A DNA stretch of 64,000 nt from NCBI RefSeq assembly GCF_026210795.1, contig NC_089431.1, positions 1,984,001 through 2,048,000 of the forward strand, read 5' to 3'. Below, one piece after another: positions 13,046 through 27,979 of the stretch (position 1 is the first letter of the stretch; each line of letters opens with the position of its first letter). The position numbers and the translations under genes were made by a program. Under the pieces are notes generated by a model. The model saw nothing but the letters and a program-made list of their open reading frames with translations. It was not told the origin of the DNA and did not search any database. Origin of the DNA: Rhizophagus irregularis. Taxonomy: Eukaryota.

Positions 13046-13263
13046 ATTTTTGTCCGGAGCGAAGCGAAGGACTATATATGTTTTCGAAGAACTATGTCAA
13101 ATAGTGTCACATGACGATATCTGGTTGTCCGCATGCGTTACATCATTGAAATTTCATGCTACATCAGATGAAATAAATTTGTGATACATCAGATAAACAA
13201 GATAAAGGTTTACTTATAACCTTTTTTTTCGCTCTGGACTTACAACGATTTCCGTTTCCTAGT
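13046..13263 (+). mobile_element. Non-autonomous Helentron-type (HINE/DINE-1-like) element
   Basis: Sub-terminal inverted repeats GTCCGGAGCGAA (13052) / TTCGCTCTGGAC (13228), 5' GTCC...GGAC palindrome around GAGCGAAGCGAA, 3' mini-hairpin AACG..CGTT and CTAGT end, T-run at the 5' side. Confidence 0.6.
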
Positions 13264-13909
13264 ACATATGTGCCGATTTTTGGAATTAGTCTAAATTAAG
13301 ATTTTTATAAAAATTTAATATTTTAGTAAGATTAACATTACACAAATCTAAATTAAATATGTGTTACATATTTACGTAACTCAGATTTAATAAAAAATAA
13401 AAAAATTTTTTTAATCAATATTCAAAAATAACGGTAATAACCACTTCTTTTTTCCCATCACTGCCCATCACTTTTCCATCATTTTTCTATTCACTTTTAT
13501 TAAATATGACAAAAAAGTTTATAAGCAAATATAGCAGTTATTTTTAAGTGGTAAGTAAAAGAAAAAACTTAATATTTTATATACATAGATAAGACATATT
13601 TTTTCATAATTTTTAGCTTTAATTTATTGTTTTTTCTTTGTAAAAAATACATGCAAATAAAAAATAATTATGATGTAAAATAGTTGTAAAATGAATAATA
13701 AGATATTCTTTTTTTTCAAAATAACTAATTATATATTTGTTTTTTATCTTTTAAAATTATTTTATTAGATTTATTCTACTAAAATCCTTAAATGGCAAAT
13801 AAAATCTTTTAAATAAAGTAAAAGAATTTGGGATTCTCTTATGAAAGCATTTTTTGGTAAGAAATAAAATTTTCAGATCGGACTTTATGCAGGTGACAAA
13901 ATCGTGCAT

Positions 13910-14540
13910 TATTATTCCTGGAGATATGCTAACGTCATCATTTTACATTCATTTGAAAGCTGAGAATTTGCTCTATCGTAAGAATCAAAGATCAGGAAAA
14001 TTGGATCACTGGATGAGGCGTAATTAACGATCAAAGTCAAATCAAATTTAAAAATTAAAAATAAATATATTAGACGTAATTATTCACAATCCAGTGATTC
14101 AATTCATTCGATTTTAGGCTTATTAGATAGACCTCAATTTTCTCTTTCAAATGAATATAATTTCATTCGTGTAGCTTGCATCTACAGGTATTTAATAAAT
14201 TTTTTTATATCAGATTTTATCAAACTTATAAAATTTTATATTAATAATATAATTGATGATTCCTAAACATCTACATATATTAAACGAATTATTTTAAATT
14301 TATTTTAAAGATAAAAGTTGGCATCACCTTAGGGAGCAAAGATCATTCAAATTGAATCACTACATGTGAAGTAATTAATGATCAAATTTAGATAAAATTC
14401 AATAAATATACTGAACGTGATTACTGAACAACTAGTGATTCAATTCACTTGATTTTAGATTCATTAGATAGATCTCGATTTTCTCTTTCAAATGAATGTA
14501 AATTTATTTGTATAGCTTATTTCTACGAAGAATTATCAAT
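13910..14540. repeat. Long imperfect inverted repeat plus a partial direct duplicate (MITE-like)
   Basis: ttcatttgaaag...ggatcactggat (13947-14015) mirrors atccagtgattc...ctttcaaatgaa (14089-14156); this arm is repeated at ~14430-14500. Confidence 0.55.
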
Positions 14541-15097
14541 GATTTTGTCATGAGAGTTATATTTGATCTTTTAAATTTTAATGATATCATATATTAAAAA
14601 AAAATTAAAAATTATATAATTAATTAGTTTTTTTTGCATTACCTAGTATAAATTTATTATTCTTATATAAATGATAATTTATATTTGCTTTAATAAAATT
14701 ATTTTTGTGTAAAAAATTAGATTCCAAGGATCGGCCCATATGATATATTAATTATATTAATCATTTTGATTATATAACTTTATTAAGCTTTTCTATTTTT
14801 TAAAAAATTCTGGTATGAGATCTTATACACTTACTATGTATTATAAGAAACCTTATATTATGTGTATTTTTTATTGCTCTATAAGTTTTCTTAATATATT
14901 AAAAAGGATTTAAAATATCATTTTAACTTTATATATAATATATTATAGAGGTGTAGGGTTGATCGCCCCGCTTGGCATCGTTGGTTAGTCCGTGATGCCC
15001 CTCGTGAAGCCGAGTATGGTGAGGTCGCAGGTTCGATTCTGCCGATCATGGAAATTAAAAGAATTTTACTGCAGACACTACTACCAATAGTGTGAAG

Positions 15098-15392
15098 AGG
15101 ACCCCGGATATCTCCAAAACAGGTCATAAGTCACACTTTCGGCAGATTGGCCCATTTTTCAGGGCTTAAAAAATCGTTTTTTGTAAATATCTCGGCATCC
15201 AGTGGTCTAATTTTGATGAACTTTTTTTAAGTTGTAGAGCTAAATGAGGGCTACAAAATAAAAAAAAGTTCATTAAAATTGAATTACTGGATGCTGAGAT
15301 ATTTACAAAAAACGATTTTTTGAGTTTCAGCAAAAAGGGGTGTTTTTGGCCAAAAGTCCATTATGACCTTTATATTAGATATCCGGGGTCCT
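15098..15392. mobile_element. MITE nested in element A, 8-bp TSD
   Basis: Perfect 16-bp TIR AGGACCCCGGATATCT; TSD GTGTGAAG at 15090-15097 and 15393-15400; internal long palindrome ~15168-15321. Confidence 0.9.
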
Positions 15393-16108
15393 GTGTGAAG
15401 GTACAGGGATTAGTGTAGACTGGACTGCATCATGGTGAATTAGTATGTACCGGTCGGTGGCATATTTCAACAAAAGGTCATGGTGTCTTCCTAGTGTTCC
15501 CATATAGGCGTTAAGCTTATTGTCCTGTCTGGATGGTCACTGCTTGCATACCATCTGGGTGAGCTCTTGTCTTGGTGGTCACTCTGCGATACCACTAAGG
15601 GTGTGGTAAACTTTACTGTGGGGGTTTACTACGCTAGATGGTCCTCATAGATGGTAAAGTCTCGAGTGCGATATGCTAGCAGTAGTTTACGTTCTTATAG
15701 GTTTAGGCTGATTGGAGACGTTCGTAGGCTCACAGGTATATAAGGTTCTAAGGTGAGGTTCGATTCCTCAGTGAATTTGACGTACTGGTGAGTGATCCCT
15801 GGGTAACTGGATTGGTTACTTATAATAAAGGGGTGATCCGTAGCTTCTGCAGACTGCTATCAGTGGTAGTCACTACTATTACTACTGGGGGATTTACAAC
15901 TATGGTGGGCTAGTATGGTAATCGTGGCCTGTAGTGGGCTTTGAGTGAGGCCATATTAGTAGTCTTAGTATTGCAGTATCTAAGCTAACCATACTATCGT
16001 GTTATACTTGCCTAGATGAGGGGTCTGTTAGTTATAATTGCATAAATGCGTGGGTGGTTGCTAAGCATAGGCAATGGGTGCTAGTGGGTAGTATAATTGT
16101 GTCAGAAA

Positions 16109-16545
16109 TAATGTTGCTTGCCGAAATCAAGTAGTTTAGGCCAAGGCCGAAACTTTTTTAAAACCGAAAGTTTAGGCAATTAAAAGTAAATTTGCCGAAA
16201 TTATACAATGTCGAAACTTTTACCGAAAGGCCGAAATTTGGCCGAAATTATTGGCCAACATTAATACTATAATTCTGGCCGGAATAATGATCGACACGAA
16301 AATTTCCTTTTATGGAAATTTGTGTAACCTTTGTGCGACACATTTCTCCGATTTTACTGGGAAACAAAATTTCCTTTTTTGGAAATTTGTGTAACGTCAC
16401 GCGACACAATGTCATAATTTCGGCCGAATTTTAATTTTGGCCAAAATTAAGACCGAGTTTCGGCCTAATTTCGGCATTTTCGGCATTTGATTTGATTGGC
16501 CGAAACCTTTCGGAATTTCCTTTTTAGTTTCGGCAGGCAACCTTA
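16109..16545. mobile_element. hAT-type MITE nested in element A
   Basis: TIR TAATGTTGCTTGCCGAAA / TTTCGGCAGGCAACCTTA; 8-bp TSD GTCAGAAA at 16101-16108 and 16546-16553; subterminal GCCGAAA/TTTCGGC repeats. Confidence 0.88.
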
Positions 16546-17699
16546 GTCAGAAACCCTGCTACACTACGATCCTTATGGTATATAGGGGGTAGGGGGGATG
16601 AACATCTGGTTACTTCTAAATAATTAGAGTAGGTTGCTTGGTTATCTGTTGCTCAACGGTAGGAGTATATTACTGCAACTGGTGTTGTAATGCTCCTTCC
16701 ACGTAGCTTTGGTGAGCCGGCTATGCTGATGTCTCCTAAAACATAAAAAAAAAAAAAAAAAAATATTATAGAGGTAGATATAATGCAGATGTGATAAAAA
16801 ATAAAATTCTTATTTTAAATATATTTTAAATATTTAATAAAATACTTTTTATAAAATTAAATTAATATTTATAAGTTTAAGTTTAGTAAATTAGATAGTT
16901 ATTGGTTCTAGAAGACAGTAATTTTACTGGTTCTATATTCTAAAAAGATAAACTAGTCTATTTCATATAAAATTGCGATCATTTAGTCTTAAGCTAATTT
17001 TAATCAAATATATAGTTAAATATAAAAATTACATGATTCTAAATAAATAGTTTAATTACTAAGTAAAAAATTTTTTACTAATTCTAGTTATCTGGTATTA
17101 TAATACAAAATTTTTTGTATTATATTTACTTGTAATTCTAGCTGGCATTATAAGTTCAGTCTGAATTAACAGTCAGTGCTAAAAAGACTGAAAAATTATA
17201 ATCCAAACTTTAAGACTAACAATTGAGTATATAGGACTGGTAAAACTGATGATCATCTTTATAATAAATGTAATTTTAAACTTATATTTAATAAGACTTT
17301 TAAAAATAATTAGTAAACTACTAGTATATATATACAGTATATAACAAAAAAAATTGGAATTAAAAAATTGTTTGTAATGCTATGATAATTGCACTAAATT
17401 ACATATAAAATAGTTTATTTGAAAGCTAAAAACCTGTAGATTTTATCAGTAGTAAATTAAAATGGTATTTAATGTAATATTTTTTTATAATTAAACTTAT
17501 AATAATAATTTTTTAGATTAAAATTTTTTATAATTAATTAAAATTAATATGTATTTCTTTATATAAAGTACAGTAGATAGTCAAAAAAATTTTTTAATTT
17601 ATACATTTCTATTGGTTTTGATAACATCTGAAAAATTTTCAATAACTTTATATTCATTCTAAAATTACAAATTTCACTTTATATTTTTTCTTTTAATTT

Positions 17700-18210
17700 T
17701 CTCAAGAAGTAAAAAAGCATTATAATTATGAAAGATGTCAAAATGTAGCCCTGATTTTCAAATTTATTTTGCATTTTAAATGATAAAAATTGGACTTATT
17801 TTGAGTGAAATATATACATTTTTATAATTAATAATTTTTAGTTTTTTTATTATATATTGAAATTGAGGAATTTTGAAGAGTAAATTTCTTATCATTTTTC
17901 TATAAATGTTTCTATACTGCTATTTTTGGTATCAATTTTTTTAACAATATTTGAATATTTTTAATTTAAATTTAATATACAAATACTTTGTAATCTTAAT
18001 TTACTTTTTTGTTATATTTTTCTGTTCAAGGTAAATATTTATAGCAAAATTTTTCAAAAAATAATGAAGTAAAAAGATAGCATAATATAAATTTTGGTCA
18101 TAGGTTTATTATTCAATTTATGCAAAAAAAATCAGATTTATTTTGAGTATTTAATATGCATTTTTATTATATGAATGATATTTCAGTTTTTTTTTATTAT
18201 ACATTGTATA
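17700..18210. repeat. Degenerate direct duplication (~340-360 bp spacing)
   Basis: gaagtaaaaa and ttattttgagt...agtttttttatta blocks recur at ~17706/18066 and ~17797/18138. Confidence 0.35.
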
Positions 18211-19118
18211 TAAAGCAAATTATTATCTGTTATTATACTTTTAATTAATACTTTAATATTTAATGATATATCAATTTAACTCAAATTATCAGTAAATAAT
18301 CTTAATCTTTTTCAACCAATTATATTATTTATTAATAAAATAGTTGTAGAATAAAAATGAAATAGGCTAAAAAAAAGTTGGCCAATTATTATAAGTAAAA
18401 ATACTTTTCTTTTTAATTATGAAATAATTTTATTATAATAATAAATATGGTTAAAACTAAAGTTATACTATAATTATATATATTTCTATTTTTATTTAAT
18501 TTTTCAAAACTATTACATTAATTTACAAATTTATATTTGAAAAAAAAAATACTGATAAAATCAAATAAAAATATGATTTATATTATACTTCAATTCTAAA
18601 GTAGTTTTTAATAAATAAATTAAATTTTTACGCAAAAATCCTTTAACTACTACTAAACTAAGCTAAAATAGCTTAGAGAAGAAATTAACCGATAATGCCC
18701 TAGAACTTGACTGGCTATTTCTTGTGATATCATCTACTCATCCTCGTTTCTTTATTCCTTTCTTTACAGAAAGTATAAACGAAAGTTAGTTTTCTTATGT
18801 TTAAATCATTCATTTATAATTCTGTTAAGAATAGTGTCAGATTCTGTTTATAAAAAAGCGCCGAGCCGAGTAATCGTAATAAATCAATGATCGGGGACCA
18901 TTGTCTCAAAGGTTTATTGTAACACGAATGGCTCCTCAATCATTATTATTTTTTTTTTTTACCTTATTTACACTTTTTTTTTATTGTACTTATTAATTTA
19001 AAGTGAAATTTTAAAGTTAGTATTGGGTAGCTCAGCGTTAAGAAAAAAAACGAAACAGAGAAAAATATATAATATAACTGCGCATATTTATATAAAAAAA
19101 GCAGTACAGACTAAAATT

Positions 19119-22316
<3,198 letters not shown>

Positions 22317-23308
22317 ATTCTTTTTTTTTTTAAAAAAAAATCACGTATAATGTTTTAGCGAATTGGAGTATCTGGTAACAATATTAAAAAAAAAGAAAAA
22401 AACTTGGAGTATATAGCTTCAATCAATAATTTGTCGTTTATTTGTATTTTTCATTATTTGTATTTTATTATTAGTATTTATTTATGAACATTTTATACGA
22501 CTTATTTTATTTTAGTTATTTATTATTTAGGATCTCAAGGCGGGTTTAATTTTTGTTGAAAGTTTATTAAATGTTTACACATTTATTTTCAACTCCCCGT
22601 CTATTCACCACAACATATATATCAACTCCATTGAATTAATTATTATTGTCATCATAGATTTTATTTTTATGCTTGCGTGTTTCGTTTCTTGTTTTATTTG
22701 TAGATTTATTATATATATATTTATTTATTTTAAAAACTCGTTCATTTCATTTAAAAAAACCTGTGCAAAAGTCAAAACTAAAACGTGCTCAAATTTTGTA
22801 ATATTACTTATTAATTTATTATATAAATATTTACATGTCATTGTAAAACTTGGATAGAATCAATGAAGATTTGACGTTACAAAGCACGCTGAAAAAGGAT
22901 AATTAAACTCCCTGAATTTCAAGAACAAGGATAAAATTTATTTTGGAATTTTGATTTATAAATTTTTTTCTTGTGCAATGTAAAAATAACAAAGAATTTT
23001 TAGAATCATTGTTTTAAGTTTATATTTTGTGTCTATATTTACTAAGAATTGAATCATGTGATTGAAGTGATTAACTTGTAAGTTAAATTTTGGCCAGCAT
23101 AAAAAATTTGGCCAACTTCTAATTGCACGTGTCATATATGTCGAAGTTGTAAAAGTTGCAACCTTTGTTTTAAAATTTTGGTTAGCTGGAAAATTTCCGA
23201 AGTAGTGGGTCAAGTGGGCAGTCACGCGATCTAATATTCATTTAGAGTAATTTTTCTTTTTGGAGGGTTTTATAACTTCTTGATTTAGATCTTAGTTCAT
23301 TTGTCGCG

Positions 23309-25428
23309 ATGAAAAACACTAATTACTATGAAGTTCTCGGTGTCGAAACGATCGCTTCTGAGGGTGAAATCAAAAAGGTAAAAAATTCAATAAGCTTCTA
23401 TGAAAAATGTAATATCCTTTATCTAATAATGTGTACATTTTTATTTGCGTACTTATAGGCATACCGCAAGTTAGTAAGTTAAAAGAAGCAGATCTTACCG
23501 TTCTGGCTGTTTTGTTGTAAATAGAAGGATGTTGACGTAGTCTATTGTGGAGAGATTTTTATTTATTTTCTGTTGCATTCTACAAATAAAAAAAAATTTT
23601 TTTTTGTATCCTTATTTGAATAATGAGCTATCTATTTTTTACTATCTGAAATTGCATTATTTAAACACGTGTCTTTAGCTCCGTATTTATTCGAGTGTAT
23701 CACATTATTTATGTTATTATTTACTCAATGTCTTTATAGGCGATGAAATATCATCCCGACAAAAATCCTGATAATGAAGCATCAGAGAAATTTAAAGAAA
23801 TTAGTCATGCATATTATGTTTTGAGTGATCCAGAGAAACGGTAATTAATCTTTGGAAATTCGGATTTTGAAAACGCGTCAATTTGCTGGCTAATCAATTC
23901 TTTTAGTGAATTATATGATCGATTTGGTGAAGAGGGATTATCTGGTGGCGGCGGTACCAATATGTCAGCTGAAGAATTATTTGCTAGTTTCTTTAGTTTT
24001 GGTGGAATGGGAGGTTAGTGTAAGCTGCTTTTGAGTCTTAATACAACATTTGAAAATTTTATCGCCAATTATGATATCCATAAATTAATGAATATACTTA
24101 GGTGGTGGACCTTCTAGACAAAGGCACGGGGAAGATATCGTTAAGCCTTTCCCTGTTACGTTGGAAGATCTTTATAATGGAAAAACTACCAAGATTTCTT
24201 TGCAAAAAGATGTTGTATGCCCTTCATGCCACGGGTATATAAAATTTTTTTTCGGGATTATTACGGTATTTAATTCGACTTGGGACTAATGCTCGATATT
24301 TTGAACATTTGTATAGAAAGGGTAGTAAATCTGGTGCCACTAGTAAATGTACCAGCTGTGAAGGCCGTGGAATAAAAGTCGCTATGCGACAAATTGGTCC
24401 AGGCATGATTCAAAGGATAAACACAGTTTGTACTTCTTGTATGTATTAATACTGTATTTCCAACTGATTTTACGAAATATTTCTATTACTAAGGCACAAA
24501 TTACCTACTTTTCAAGGTGATGGTGCAGGGGAAGTAATCAAAGGAAATAAGTGCAAAAAATGTAAAGGCGCGAAGACTCTAGAAGAAAAGAAAAAATTAG
24601 ATATCTTTATCGAGAAAGGTATGCAAAATAACCAGAGAATTGTTATGCAAGGTGAAGCTGATCAAGAGGTACTTATACAAAAACTGGATCAATTTTTTTG
24701 TTAAACTATTGGATAATATATATAATATATTATTATCACTTGTTTGTATTAATATAATAGCCTGGTGTTGAGACAGGAGATGTAATTCTTGTCCTTAAAC
24801 AAAAGCCTCATGAAAGATTTGAGCGGCAAGATAATGATTTACTAACAGAAGTTAGTATCTCCATTACCGAAGCACTTTGCGGGTTTTCGAAGGTTCTTGT
24901 TAAACATCTAGATGGACGTGGATTGGTTATAAATCATCCTGCTGGTGAAGTGATAAAGCCTGGTGCTGTAAAATGCATAGCTGGCGAAGGTATGCCACAA
25001 TATAAACGGTCGTCTGACAAAGGTAATTTGTACGTTAGGTTCAATGTAGAATTCCCACCTGACATGTGGATAACTCCGGACAAAATTAAGGTACTTTGTT
25101 TTAAATTTAGTTTGTTTTGCATTATATACTTATAATTTCATGCATTGAGATAGAAATTGGAGGCTCTCCTACCAAGCAGAAAGGCTGAGGATCCTTCAAC
25201 TCATCCGGAAATCCTCGATGAAGTACACTTGACTGAAGGGAACTTTAGCGAGGTAAAATAATCAAAATTTTTTTGATTTCCCCTCTTTTTTTTTTTGTAT
25301 TTTGGTCAATAAATGTTTCTCTACTGTATCAGTATGGTAACAAGAAAGCACGAAGTGGAAACGTATGGGAAGAAGATGACGACGAAGACGACGACGAAGA
25401 TCATCCTTTGGGATGCACTCCACAATAA
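23309..25428 (+). CDS. Type I DnaJ/Hsp40 (Ydj1/Xdj1/DNAJA-like), multi-exon
   Basis: J domain YYEVLGV...[19 protein letters not shown] region, CxxCxGxG repeats, EGMP...[14 protein letters not shown]-terminal CaaX (CTPQ). Confidence 0.92.
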
Positions 25429-26068
25429 ACATATTAATTGGAGTTTAATTACACGAACTTTGGGGTTTTCCTTCTATTGCAGTGTATTATGGCATTAGAG
25501 GGTAATTTTCTATCTTTATGATTATCACTCATTAGAAAATAATGTTAAATAGCAATTGAAATTTTTCTATTTTATTTGTTTCATCGCCTTTTTTTGCTCT
25601 CTCTTCTATGGTATAGAAGTTTACATTCAGGACATTAATGGCATTTTAGATTTTAATATTTTCAATATGTAATGGGCAAAAATAAATCATTAATATTTGT
25701 AATGATTTTAGAGAACTTATCAGGGGAAAAAAATGCCTTATTATTATTAATATTTACAATTTGTATGAAATTTTAAATTAAAAAAAAAAATTTTTTAGCT
25801 ATTCAGAATCTTTCTTGCATAAATAGAAGTGTTATTATATATTAATTAAAAGCAGTTGTCTATTAAATAGATCGACTCGCCGTTTTTTTTATCCAATAAG
25901 GTACAAGAATGAATCACATGACTAAGTGTAATGGGGTTTATTGAAGCGTGGCGCAGCATATACTAATTTTCATGACTTTGCACCTGTACAGTACAAGTAC
26001 TATACAAAAATAGGTTTGGAAAACGTTATTAATATATACTTGTCATTATCATAAAAGAAACCTCCAAA

Positions 26069-27979
26069 ATGGAGAAATTTTGCGCTGAAATTATACGTAG
26101 AGCTACTCATCAAACGCTTGCAGCTGCAGGCTTTGAAAAGAGTTCAAGAATTAGCGGAGATGTTCTCGCTGATGTTTTTAAAGAATATTTAATGTTTTTA
26201 GGAAAATCTGTTCAAGAAGCTGCAACAAATGCTGGTAGGACTAAGGTTAATACTGCAGACGTCTTGATAGCATTTGAAGATCTTGGTATAAACCTGGAAG
26301 AGTTGAAGGAATGGACAAAAACTGAAGGAAGAGTTCTCGGAGGTTACGCTGGACGAAAACCGACTGTTTTAAAAGGTATTACATAAATTAGTAATAATTG
26401 TATTTGAGAGCATTTTTTTATAAATCATACTCATTTATTAACAGAATTATTAAGAAGTGGACTTCCTAATGAAATGGATGATATTGATTTACCAATAGTT
26501 GAAACGAAAGAAATAGATAAAATCAAACAAAATGGCCAGAATTCAAAAAAAGACGATATAGTTCAAGAAATTTACATCAAAGAACAATCACTAAAAAAAT
26601 TAGTGAGTAATAAAATTGAGAACAATATAAAAGAAGCGGAAGATAATATGAGTATAGATATTGAGAGAACATTGTCACAGAATAATTCCGAAAATAATAA
26701 TGATAACGAAAATGTATCCTTGTCTACGGCCGAGGATAAATCTTCATATTCTCTTTCTGGTCAGACAACACCAAAAGATGATGGGAAAATTATTAATACA
26801 AATGGTGAAATTACAAATGAACATATGGAATCAAGCAGTTCAATGCAAATTGATTCAATAGAAGAATGTTCTAAACAAACAACGGATTATCACAGTCGGT
26901 TGTTATCGCTTTCAAAAAAAAGACCTTCCTATATTCCTGAATGGCTTCCACCACTACCAGAAGTTAAATCACGCGAAGAAAATGAACCCATGATTGAAGT
27001 TAAAAAGGTTGGAGCCGAAGAAAAAACAAAGGAATTAAGTGGATTAACTGAATCGACAATAACAGAGAATGAAAAACCTTTCGATAATATGATAACTAGC
27101 CAAGAAAGTATACCAGAGATTCAAGAATCAAATAATGTAACTTCCGATTCAAATGTTCAAGTAAAGCCTTCAAAACAAAAACTTAAACGACCACTTGCAT
27201 ATACTATGCTTGACGAATCATTTGAGAAAGCATTCATAAGCGAATCCGTACTCGGAGAATCGACATCCGATACCCCAAGAAAAAAGCGTAAAATTGTTGA
27301 ATTTGATAATTTGCTTTCATTTGAAGATCCTCTGTTTAGTGAACCCGAAATTCCTATAATGGATGATAAAAATACAAGAGATTTAGTGGAGTCTTATGGT
27401 TATCCGTTGCGGTTAAATGAAATGCCAATACAAAAACATCGATCTGTCGAGTTAGCATCAAAAATTAATGCTGATGTTAATCTGAAGATGCCTGTGCAAA
27501 TTATTGATACCATATTACCAGAAGTGAAGCCTTCTAAGCCTTTACAAATAAAATCTCCGGTGTCACATAAAGGCAAGGAAAAGATGATACCGGAGATTAT
27601 CGATTTCCAAGAGCCAGAACCATCTACAGAATCTCCAAAGGCACCTAAAAAGAAGGAACCAAAGAATATTAAAGCTAAAAAATCAACATACAAAGGAACA
27701 ACTACAAAGTCTAGCGTTCCCGAGAAAACTTCGGAGTCTAATCGTCCTAAACTGACATTACGTATAAAATCAGCAACTACACCGTCCGATCCTGAACCAT
27801 CTGAAGTTATTAATTGTATTTGTGAACCTCCAAATAATACATTAGATGATGGGAAATTTATGGTATCTTGTGATAATTGTCAAGAGTGGTTTCATGGAGT
27901 TTGTACTGGATTTGGACCTCATCGTGTTGAAGTTGGCACCTGGTTCTGTCCGAGATGTCGTGATCGTGGTATATCATGA
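26069..27979 (+). CDS. TAF3: TAF3-like TFIID subunit: N-terminal histone fold (BTP) plus C-terminal PHD finger
   Basis: Histone fold AAGFEKSS...AGRT...DVLIAFEDLGI; YIPEWLPPLP motif; PHD CIC...MVSCDNCQEWFHGVC...WFCPRC; intron 26376-26444. Confidence 0.75.

Larger units (their letters stand above)
14953..16762 (+). mobile_element. Long tRNA-headed, poly(A)-tailed SINE-like retroposon (element A), ~1062 nt after removing two nested MITEs
   Basis: 13-bp TSD ATATTATAGAGGT at 14940-14952 and 16763-16775; A-box-like TGGCATCGTTGG (14973), B box GGTTCGATTC (15030), TGATCG/CGATCA acceptor-like stem; poly(A) 16745-16762; no long ORF. Confidence 0.85.

Noticed and set aside
14960..15048. Functional tRNA gene
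   Set aside because: D and anticodon arms are non-canonical and the sequence is the head of a TSD-flanked poly(A) element. The same applies to the head at ~12220-12311.
14970..15845. HDV-like or hammerhead ribozyme in element A
   Set aside because: GGCATCG/TGATGCC is a simple hairpin in the wrong order for an HDV fold, and CTGGTGAG lacks a matching GAAA core. A covariance-model search would be needed to exclude it fully.
16109..16545. CRISPR-like array (GCCGAAA and 26-bp repeats)
   Set aside because: Irregular spacing, inverted orientation between halves, bounded by TIR/TSD, eukaryotic context.
23412..23614. U12-type 5' motifs ATATCCTTT and GTATCCTT inside DnaJ introns
   Set aside because: Not at exon junctions and no matching U12 branch site; such motifs are expected by chance in AT-rich DNA.
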